This document shows positions 50,955-62,900 of a stretch of 64,000 bases of DNA, in pieces. The stretch is from NCBI GenBank assembly GCA_030141605.1, contig JAQGDQ010000757.1:37364-101363 (forward strand), given 5' to 3'. The translations under genes were made by a program, and so were the position numbers. The notes beneath the pieces are model-generated. The model was not told the DNA's origin. It searched no databases and worked only from the letters and a program-made list of their open reading frames with translations. Each line of letters starts with the position of its first letter. Position 1 is the stretch's first letter. This DNA comes from Tubiluchus corallicola (lineage: Eukaryota > Animalia > Priapulida).

Positions 50955-53900
50955 ATTCTTGAAGAAGGAAATACTATTCAAGATGTTGAACAAGGTAAAT
51001 CCTTCGATGGTTTATTAAACGTAGCAGAAAACTCGGTTAGAACAAAAAAGAAAAGAAAGAAAAAACACACAAGGGGAAAGCAGAAAAGTACAATGGGTAC
51101 TGTTAAAGAAGTAAAAGATATTTTTATGGATATTCCCATTGAGTCTGAATTTCAAGATTTGGTTCAGTTTGAAGTTTGTCAGTGTCCCAAAAGAAAAAGG
51201 ACAAAATCAGGGAAAGCAAAGGTTTTATGCCAGAGTAAGAATGACATCAGGGAAGCTGGAGCAAAAACATTGCCCAAAGTAGCAGACGATACAAGCTGTA
51301 ATGCTTCAGATACTGAAAACAGAACTGGAGGATTGATATTAACACAGGTTTCAGTTCTGCAAACTGTGACACACGATGTTTGCCCTGAACTAGTTCTGCC
51401 TTTTGATAACATCATTAGCAAGCAGGAGGTGTCTAAGAAGAAAATGAAAAGAAGGAAACGAAAACGGAAGAAAAAGAAAACGTTTGATAAATTATTACTT
51501 GAGCATGTATTAAAACACCCTCAAGATATGATGCCTCGTCAAAAACATCATCACAAAATGCTACATGGGAAAATTGATTGCTTAGATGGTACTTTCATTA
51601 GCTTAGAGTCACCAACAGCAATTAACAAAAGTGATTACAGTTTCATTGCATGTAAACACTTAAACACAAACCTAATTGCAGAAAAGGTTAATGAGTTCGA
51701 AAAACTGCTAGTCAGGGTAGGTGTTACTCATGAAAGAGAGGATGATTTAAAAATATCAAGCATTGATGATAGTATTACAAACAGTGCACCTTCTTTTTCT
51801 GCAGAAATACAACCCGAAAATTTGGACCAACGGACTACTTTTGATGCTATTAACAAAGATGTTTCTTTCAAAGATGTGGATTTCAAGGAACGTGAGTTTT
51901 CTAAAAAGGCTTCTAATTCTGGAATACCGGAGCAGCTTTTTAATGATTCACCAAAATCACATGAGGAGGGAGCTGATACTGGTTGTGCTAACCTGCCATT
52001 TTCAGTGTTTGAAAAATCTCCTGATGAATTTGTGTTAGAGGAAGCAGTTGACATTGAGCTGCAATTTGAAATTGATGATGGACAAGAAAGAAACATCCAA
52101 CAATTTGACCCCTACAAACACAGCTTCTTGGCAGACCACGAGACAAGTCACACTGAATCTGTTTATGAAGAAAGCATTAGTATTGAAGCAGAAGTAGAAA
52201 TCACATTGCCCAAGGATGCCAGTGCTGGTGCTGAGGCTAGGATTGTAAATAAAGAAAGTAGTGAAAAAGACAAAGATATTCCCAGCCTAATCAGCATTGA
52301 GGAACCAGAAAAAATTATTAAAAAAGATGTTATGCACTTGCCTGAAGAAGCTGATTGTGAACTGCCTGGTCCAGAATATCCAGCAGGGCAGGTAATATTG
52401 CCTGACGACATTATGTTAATGCCTAAAGAACTTGATCATGAACTGGCTGCTGCCGAAGTTGCCGCAGAGGTAGAGCATATATCGTTATTTGAAAATGTTG
52501 CACAATTGTCGAAAGAAGTGGCACTTGAATTAGCTGCTGCAGAATTCAAGAGAGATATTGAGCAGGTGGCATTGTCCAATGATGTTACTGTAATGCCTCA
52601 TGAATTTGATCTGGAATTGACTGCTGCAGAACTTCCGACAGAAGCTGATCTGACAGTGTTGTATGAAGGTGATATGCTGATGTCTGAAGAACTTGATCTT
52701 GAAATGGCAGCACAGCAACCTACAACTGCTGCATTGATGGAAAGGTCTAAAGATGTAAAGCAAGTGTCTAAAGAAATCATACTTGAATTAGCTGCTGTCG
52801 AATTTCCAAAAGAGGCTGAACTGACATTATTATGTGAAGATGTTATGCTAATGCCTGAAGAAGTAGAACTCGAATTAACTGCTGCAGAATTTGAGACAAA
52901 TGTTGAGAAGAATTCTTTGTCCAAAGATATCACACTAATGCCTAAAGTATTTGATCTTGAATTGGCTGCTGCAGAACTTCCAGTAAAGGCTGAACTGATG
53001 TTATTGGCTGCAGATGTTTCACTAAGACCCAAAGAAGTTGAACTTGAATTCACTGCTGCAGAATATTCAACAGGGCAAAATTTATTGTCTGACATTGGTA
53101 TGCTAATGCCTAAAGAACTTGATCTTGAACTGGCTGCTGCAGAACGTCCAACAGAGGCAGAGCATGTTGCATTGTTCGAAAATGCTATGCAAATACCTAA
53201 GGAAGTGGAACTTGAATTAGCTGCTACAGAACTTGAGAATGCTGTTGATCAGGTTACATCACCTAGGCATGTTTCTCTCATGTCTAAAGAATTTGATCTT
53301 GAATTGGTGGCTGCAGAACTTCCGACAGATGTGCAATTGCCAGTATTGTCTGAAGACATGCTAATGCCTGCAGAACTTAATCTAGATTTGGCTGTTGCAG
53401 AACAACCAACAGAGGGAGACCATGTTGTGTTGTTTGAAAATGAAACTCTAATGCCTAAAGAAGTGGAACTTGAATTAGCTGCTACAGAACTTGAGAATGC
53501 TGTTGATCAGGTTACATCACCTAGGCATGTTTCTCTCATGTCTAAAGAATTTGATCTTGAATTGGCTACTGCAGAACTTCCGACAGATGCTGAACTGACA
53601 GTATTGTCTGAAGATGGGGTAATGTATGCAGAACTTGATCTTGAGTTGGCTGCTGGAGAACGTCCAACAGAGACAGAGCATGTTGCATTATTCGAAAATG
53701 CTATGCAAATACCTAAGGAAGTGGAACTTGAATTAGCTGCTACAGAACTTGAGAATGCTGTTGATCAGGTTACATCACCTAGGCATGTTTCTCTCATGTC
53801 TAAAGAATTTGATCTTGAATTGGCTGCTGCAGAACTTCCGACAGATGTGGAATTGCCAGTATTGTCTGAAGACATGCTAATCCCTGCAGAACTTAATCTA

Positions 53901-56900
53901 GAGTTGATTGTTACAGAACAACCAACAGAGGGAGACCATGTTGTGTTGTTTGAAAATGAAACTCTAATGCCTAAAGAAGTGGAACTTGAATTAGCTGCTA
54001 CAGAACTTGAGAATGCTGTTGATCAGGTTACATCACCCAAACATGTTACTCTTTCCTCTAAAGAATTTGATCTTGAATTGGCTGCTGCAGAACTTCNCGA
54101 CAGATGTGGAATTGCCAGTATTGTCTGAAGATGGGGTAATCCCTGCAGAACTTAATCTAGAGTTGATTGTTACAGAACCTCCAACAGAGGGAGACCATGT
54201 TGTGTTGTTTGAAAATGAAATTCTAATGCCTAAAGAAGTGGAACTTGAATTAGCTGCTACAGAACTTGAGAATGCAGTTGATCAGGTTACATCACCTAGA
54301 CACGTTACCTTTATGTCTAAAGAATTTGATCTTGAATTGGCTGCTGCAGAACTTCCGACAGATGTGGAATTGCCAGTATTGTCTGAAGACATGCTAATCC
54401 CTGCAGAACTTAATCTAGAGTTGATTGTTACAGAACCTCCAACAGAGGGAGACCATGTTGTGTTGTTTGAAAATGAAACTCTAATGCCTAAAGAAGTGGA
54501 ACTTGAATTAGCTGCTACAGAACTTGAGAATGCAGTTGATCAGGTTACATCACCTAGACACGTTACCTTTATGTCTAAAGAATTTGATCTTGAATTGGCT
54601 GCTGCAGAACTTCCGACAGATGTGGAAGTGCCAGTATTGTCTGAAGACATGCTAATGCCTGCAGAACTTAATCTAGATTTGGCTGTTGCAGAACAACCAA
54701 CAGAGGGAGACCATGTTGTGTTGTTTGAAAATGAAACTCTAATGCCTAAAGAAGTGGAACTTGAATTAGCTGCTACAGAACTTGAGACTGCTGTTGATCA
54801 GATTGCACCACCCAAACATGTTACTCTTTCCTCTAAAGAATTTGATCTTGAATTGGTGGCTGCAGAACTTCCGACAGATGTGCAATTGCCAGTATTGTCT
54901 GAAGACATGCTAATGCCTGCAGAACTTAATCTAGATTTGGCTGTTGCAGAACAACCAACAGAGGGAGACCATGTTGTGTTGTTTGAAAATGAAACTCTAA
55001 TGCCTAAAGAAGTGGAACTTGAATTAGCTGCTACAGAACTTGAGAATGCTGTTGATCAGGTTACATCACCTAGGCATGTTTCTCTCATGTCTAAAGAATT
55101 TGATCTTGAATTGGATACTGCAGAACTTCCGACAGACGCTGAACTGACAGTATTGTCTGAAGATGGGGTAATGTATGCAGAACTTAATCTTGAGTTGGCT
55201 GCTGCAGAACGTCCAACAGAGACAGAGCATGTTGCATTATTCGAAAATGCTATGCAAATACCTAAGGAAGTGGAGCTTGAATTAGCTGCTACAGAACTTG
55301 AGATTGCTGTTGATCAGATTGCATCATCCAAACATGTTACTCATATGTTTAAAGAATTTGACATTGAATTGGCTGCTGAAGAACTTCCGACAGATGTTGA
55401 ATTACCAGTATCATCTGAACATGTGATAATGCCTGCAGAACTTAATCTAGAGTTGGCTGTTGCAGAACATCCAACAGAAGCAGAACATCTTGCATTATTG
55501 GAACATGTAAAGCTAATGCCTAAAGAAGTAGAACTTGAATTAGCTGCTACAGAACCTGAGACTGCTGTTGATCAAGTTGCATCACCTAAACATGTCACTC
55601 TTATATCTAAAGAAATGGATCTTGAATTGGCTGCTGCAGAACTTCACACAGATTTTGAATTTCCAGTATTGTCTGAAGACATGCTAATGCCTGAACTTGA
55701 AATAATGTCTGCTGAGGCTGAACATGTGGTTCTGTCTGATGTTGAACTGCCTGAGCTGGTTAGTGCTGGCAAAGATATTGAACAAGTAACCAAAGAAGTT
55801 GTCGAAGAGCATGGTGACATTCCTGATTTGGTTACTTTGGACAAATCGGTTGCTGTTATTTTAGATGATGCTACCTTAATGCCCAAAGATGTTGAGCTTG
55901 AGATAACATTTGCTGAGACACAACAAGTTGTCCTGTCTGATGTTGAACTGCCTGAGCTGGTTATCGCTGGTGAGGATGTTGAACAAGTAACCAAAGAAGT
56001 TGTTGAAGAGCTTGATGATATTCCTGATTTGGTTACTGTGGACAAATTGGTTGCTGTTATTTTAGATGATGCTACCTTAATGCCCAAAGATGTTGAGCTT
56101 GAAATAATAGCTCGTGAACTGCAGCCTGAGGCAGAAGACATTGTCCTGTCTGATATTGAACTGCCTGAACTGGTTAGTGTTGGTGAGGATATTGAACAAG
56201 TAACCAAAGAATGTTGTCGAAGAGCTTGATGATATTCCTGATTTGGTTGCTGTAGACGAATCTGTTGATGTTATTTTAGATGATGCTACCTTAATGCCCA
56301 AAGATGTTGAGCTTGAAATAACATCTACTGAGGCAGAACAGGTTGTCCTTTCTGACGCTAAACAGCCTGAGTTGGTTAGTACTGGCGAAGATATTGAACA
56401 AGTAACCAAAGAAGTTGTCGAAGAGCGTGATGATATTCCTGATTTGGTTGCTGTAGACGAATCTGTTGATGTTATTTTAGATGATGCTACCTTAATGCCC
56501 AAAGATGTTGTGCTTGAAATAACGTCTGCTGAGGCAAAACAGGTTGTCCTGTTTGATGCTGAACTGCCTGAAGCTGGTTATCGCTGGTGGGGATATTGAG
56601 CAGGTAACCAAAGATGTTGTCGAAGAGCTTGATGATATTCCTGATTTGGTTGCTGTAGACGAATCAGTTGATGTTATTTTAGATGACGCTACCTTGATGC
56701 CCAAAGATGTAGAGCTTGAAATAACATTTGCTGAGGCAGAACAGGTTGTCCTGTCTGATGTTGAACTGCCTGAACTGGTTATCGCTGGTGAGGATATTGA
56801 ACAAGTAACCAAAGATGTTGTTGAAGAGCTTGATGATATTCCTGATTTGGTTGCTGTGGATGCATCAGTTGATGTTATTTTAGATTATGCTACCTTAATG

Positions 56901-59900
56901 CCCAAAGATGTACAGCTTGAAATAACATCAGCTGAGGTAGAACAGGTTGTCCTATCTGATGCTGAACTGCCTCAACTGGTTATTGCTGGTGAGGATATTG
57001 TACAAGTAACCAAAGATGTTGTCGAAGAGCTTGATGATATTCCTGATTTGGTTGCTGTAGACGAATCAGTTGATGTTATTTTGGATGACGCTGCCTTGAT
57101 GCTCAAAGATGTAGAGCTTGAAATAACAACTTGTGAACTGCCGGCTGAAGCAGAACAGGTTGTCCTTTCTGATGTTAAACAGCCTGAGTTGGTTAGTACT
57201 GGCGAAGATATTGAACAAGTAACCAAAGAAGTTGTTGAAGAGCGTGATAACATTCCTGATTTGGTTCCTGTGGGCGAATCACTTGATTTTATTTTAGATG
57301 ATGCTACCTTAATGCCCAAAGATGTACAGCTTGAAATAACATCTACTGAGGCAGAACAGGTTGTCCTGTCTGATGCTGAACTGCCTCAACTGGTTATTGC
57401 TGGTGAGGATATTGAACAAGTAACCAAAGATGTTGTCGAAGAGCTTGATGACATTCCTGATTTGGTTACCGTGGACGAATCACTTGATGTTATTTTAGAT
57501 GATGCTACCTTAATGCCTAAAGATGTACAGCTTGAAATAACATCTGCTGAGGTAGAACAGGTTGTCCTGTCTGATGCTGAACTGCCTCAACTGGTTATTG
57601 CTGGTGAGGATATTGAACAAGTAACCAAAGATGTTGTCGAAGAGCTTGATGATATTCCTGATTTGGTTGCTGTAGACGAATCAGTTGATGTTATTTTGGA
57701 TGACGCTGCCTTGATGTCCAAAGATGTTGAGCTTGAAATAACGTCTGCTGAGGTAGAACAGGTTGTCCTGTCTGATGTTGAACTGCCTCAAGTGGTTATT
57801 GCTGGTGAGGATATTGAACAAGTAACCAAAGAAGTTGTCGAAGAGCATGATGACATTCCTGATTTGGTTACTGTGGACGAATCAGTTGATGTTATTTTAG
57901 ATGATGCTACCTTAATGCCCAAAGATGTTGTGCTTGAAATAACGTCTGCTGAGGCAAAACAGGTTGTCCTGTTTGATGCTGAACTGCCTGAAGTGGTTAT
58001 CGCTGGTGGGGATATTGAGCAGGTAACCAAAGATGTTGTCGAAGAGCTTGATGATATTCCTGATTTGGTTGCTGTAGACGAATCAGTTGATGTTATTTTA
58101 GATGATGTTACCTTGATGCCCAAAGATGTAGAGCTTGAAATAACAGCTCGTGAACTGCCGGCTGAAGCAGAACAGGTTGTCCTGTCTGATATTGAGCTGC
58201 CTGAACTGGTTATTGCTGATGAGGATATTGAACAAGTAACCAAAGAAGTTGTCGAAGAGCATGATGACATTCCTGATTTGGTTACTGTGGACAAATCGGT
58301 TGCTGTTATTTTAGATGATGCTACCTTGATGCCCAAAGATGTAGAGCTTGAAATAACAGCTCGTGAACTGCCGGCTGAAGCAGAACAGGTTGTCCTGTCT
58401 GATATTGAGCTGCCTGAACTGGTTATCGCTGGTGAGGATATTGAACAAGTAACCAGAGAACTTGTCAAAGAGCATGATGACATTCCTGATTTGGTTACCG
58501 TGGACAAATCGGTTGCTGTTATTTTAGATGATGCTACCTTAATGCCCAAAGATGTTGAGCTTGAAATAACATCTGCTGAGGCAGAACATGTTGTTCTTTC
58601 TGATGCTAAACAGCCTGAGTTGGTTAGTACTGGTGAAGATATTGAACAAGTAACCAAAGAAGTTGTCGAAGAGCATGATAACATTGCTGATTTGGTTCCT
58701 GTGGGCGAATCACTTGATTTTATTTTAGATGATGCTACCTTAATGCCCAAAGATGTACAGCTTGAAATAACATCTACTGAGGCAGAACAGGCTGTCCTGT
58801 CTGATGATGAACTGCCTCAACTGATTATTGCTGGTAAGGATATTGAACAAGTAACCAAAGATGTTGTCGAAGAGCTTGATGACATTCCTGATTTGGTTGC
58901 TGTAGACGAATCAGTTGATGTTATTTTGGATGACACTGCCTTGATGCCCAAAGATGTAGAGCTTGAAATAACAGCTCGTGAACTGCCGGCTGAAGCAGAA
59001 CATGTTGTTCTGTCTGATGTTGAACTGTTTGAACTGGTTAGTGCTGGTCAGGATATTGAACAAGTAACCAAGGAAGTTGTCAAAGAGAATGATGACATTC
59101 CTGATTTGGTTACTGTGGACGAATCAGTTGATGTTATTTTAGATGATGCTACCTTAATGCCCAAAGATGTTGTGCTTGAAATAACGTCTGCTGAGGCAAA
59201 ACAGGTTGTCCTGTTTGATGCTGAACTGCCTGAAGTGGTTATCGCTGGTGGGGATATTGAACAGGTAACCAAAGATGTTGTCAAAGAGCTTGATGATATT
59301 CCTGATTTGGTTGCTGTAGACGAATCAGTTGATGTTATTTTGGATGACGTTACCTTGATGCCCAAAGATGTAGAGCTTGAAATAACAGCTCGTGAACTGC
59401 CGGCTGAAGCAGAACAGGTTATCCTGTCTGATATTGAGCTGCCTGAACTGGTTATCGCTAATGAGGATATTGAACAAGTAACCAAAGAAGTTGTCGAAGA
59501 GCATGATGACATTCCTGATTTGGTTACTGTGGACAAATCGGTTGCTGTTATTTTAGATGATGCTACCTTGATGCCCAAAGATGTGGAGCTTGAAATAACA
59601 GCTCGTGAACTGCCGGCTGAAACAGAACAGGTTGTCCTGTCTGATATTGAGCTGCCTGAACTGGTTATCGCTGGTGAGGATCTTGAACAAGTAACCAGAG
59701 AACTTGTCAAAGAGCATGATGACATTCCTGATTTGGTTACCGTGGACAAATCGGTTGCTGTTATTTTAGATGATGCTACCTTAATGCCCAAAGATGTTGA
59801 GCTTGAAATAACATCTGCTGAGGCAGAACAGGTTGTCCTTTCTGATGCTAAACAGCCTGAGTTGGTTAGTACTGGCGAAGATATTGAACAAGTAACCAAA

Positions 59901-62900
59901 GAAGTTGTGGAAGAGCGTGATGACATTCCTGATTTGGTTCCTGTGGCCGAATCACTTGATGTTATTTTAGATGATGCTACCTTAATGCCCAAAGATGTAC
60001 AGCTTGAACTAACATCTACTGAGGCAGAACAGGCTGTCCTGTCTGATGCTGAACTGCTTCAACTGGTTATTGTTGGTGAGGATATTGAACAAGTAACCAA
60101 AGATGTTGTCAAAGAGCGTGATGACATTCCTGATTTGGTTCCTGTGGACGAATCAGTTGATGTTATTTTAGATGATGCTACCATGATGCCCAAAGATGTT
60201 GAGCTTGAAATAATAGCTCGTGAACTGCAGCCTGAGGCTGAACATGTGGTTCTGTCTGATGTTGAACTGCCTGAACTGGTTAGTGCTGCTGAGGATATTG
60301 AACAAGTGACCAAAGATGTTGCTGAAGACCTTGATGATATTCCTGATTTGGTTGCTGTGGATGCATCAGTTGATGTTATTTTAGATGATGCTACCTTAAT
60401 GCCCAAAGATGTTGAGCTTGAAATAACATCTGCTGAGGCAGAAGTTGTCCTTTCTGATGCTGAACTGCCTCAACTGGTTATTGCTGGTGAGGATATTGAA
60501 CAGGTATCCAAAGATGTTGTCGAAGAGCTTGATGGTATTCCAGATTTGGTTGCTGTAGACGAATCTGTTGATGTTATTTTGGATGATGCTACCTTGATGC
60601 CCAAAGATGTTGAGCTTGAAATAATAGCTCGTGAACTGCAGCCTGAGGCTGAACATGTGGTCCTGTCTGATGCTGAACTGCCTGAACTGGTTAGTGCTGC
60701 TGAGGATATTGAACAAGTAACCAAAGTTGTTGCTGAAGAGCTTGATAATATTCCTGATTTGGTTGCTGTGGATGCATCAGTTGATGTTATTTTAGATGAT
60801 GCTACCTTAATGCCCAAAGATGTTGAGCTTGAAATAACATCTGTTGAGGCAGAACAGGTTGTCCTGTCTGATGTTGAACTACCTGAACTGGTTATCGCTG
60901 GTGAGGATATTGAACAGATAACCAAAGATGTTGTCGAAGAGCTTGATGATATTCCTGATTTGGTTGCTGTAGACGAATCAGTTGATGTTATTTTGGATGA
61001 TGCTAATATGATGCCCAAAGATGTACAGCTGGAAAAAACAGCTCATGAACTGCAGGCTGAGGCTGAACATGTTGTTCTGTCTGATGTTGAACTGCCTGAA
61101 CTGGTTAGTGCTGGTGAGGATATTGAACAAGTAACCAAGGAAGTTGTCAAAGAGGATGATGACATTCCTGATTTGGTTACTGTGGACGAATCAGTTGATG
61201 TTATTTTAGATGCTGCTACCTCGATGCCCAAGCATGTAGAGCTTGAAATAATAGCTCGTGAACTGCAGCCTGAGGCTGAACATGTGGTTCTGTCTGATGT
61301 TGAACTGCCTGAACTGGTTAGTGCTGCTGAACATATTGAACAAGTGAGCAAAGATGTTGCTGAAGAGCTTGATGATATTCCTGATTTGGTTGCTGTGGAT
61401 GCATCAGTTGATGTTATTTTAGATGATGCTACCTTAATGCCCAAAGATGTTGAGCTTGAAATAATAGCTCGTGAACTGCAGCCTGAGGCTGAACATGTTG
61501 TTCTGTCTGATGTTGAACTGCCTGAACTGGTTAGTGCTGGTGAGGATATTGAACAAGTAATCAAGGAAGTTGTCAAAGAGGATGATGACATTCCTGATTT
61601 GGTTACTGTGGACGAATCAGTTGATGTTATTTTAGATGATGCTACCTTAATGCCCAAAGATGTTGTGCTTGAAATAACAGCTCGTGAACTGCCTGCTGAA
61701 GCAGAACAGGTTGTCCTGTCTGATATTGAGCTGCCTGAACTGGTTATCGCTGATGAGGATATTGAACAAGTAACCAAAGAAGTTGTCGAAGAGCATGATG
61801 ACATTCCTGATTTGGTTACTGTGGACAAATCGGTTGCTGTTATTTTAGATGATGCTACCTTGATGCCCAAAGATGTGGAGCTTGAAATAACAGCTCGTGA
61901 ACTGCCGGCTGAAGCAGAACAGGTTGTCCTGTCTGATATTGAGCTGCCTGAACTGGTTATCGCTGGTGAGGATATTGAACAAGTAACCAGAGAACTTGTC
62001 AAAGAGCATGATGACATTCCTGATTTGGTTACCGTGGACAAATCGGTTGCTGTTATTTTAGATGATGCTACCTTAATGCCCAAAGATATTGAGCTTGAAA
62101 TAACATCTGCTGAGGCTGAACATGTTGTTCTCTTTGATGTTGAACTGCCTGAACTGGTTAGTGCTGGTGAGGATATTGAACTAGTAACCAAGGAAGTTGT
62201 CAAAGAGGATGATGACATTCCTGATTTGGTTGCTGTGGATGCATCAGTTGATGTTATTTTAGATGATGCTACCTTTATGCCCAAAGATGTACAGCTTGAA
62301 ATAACATCTGCTGAGGCAGAACAGGTTGTCCTGTCTGATATTGAGCTGCCTGAACTGGTTATCGCTGGTGAGGATATTGAACAAGTAACCAGAGAACTTG
62401 TCAAAGAGCATGATGACATTCCTGATTTGGTTACCGTGGACAAATCACTTGATGTTATTTTAGATGATGCTACCTTAATGCCCAAAGCTGTACAGCTTGA
62501 ACTAACATCTACTGAGGCAGAACAGGCTGTCCTGTCTGATGCTGAACTGCCTCAACTGGTTATTGCTGGTGAGGATATTGAACAAGTAACCAAAGATGTT
62601 GTCGAAGAGCGTGATGACATTCCTGATTTGGTTCCTGTGGGCGAATCAGTTGAAGTTATTTTAGATGCTGCTACCTCGATGCCCAAAGATGTAGAGCTTG
62701 AAATAATAGCTCGTGCACTGCAGCCTGAGGCTGAACATGTGGTTCTGTCTGATGTTGAACTGCCTGAACTGGTTAGTGCTGCTGAGGATATTGAACAAGT
62801 TACCAAAGATGTTGCTGAAGACCTTGATGATATTCCTGATTTGGTTGCTGTGGATGCATCAGTTGATGTTATTTTAGATGATGCTACCTTAATGCCCAAA

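Noticed and set aside
47483-53095. Minus-strand Ser-rich ORFs overlapping the large exons
   Set aside because: Antisense shadows of the acidic coding exons.
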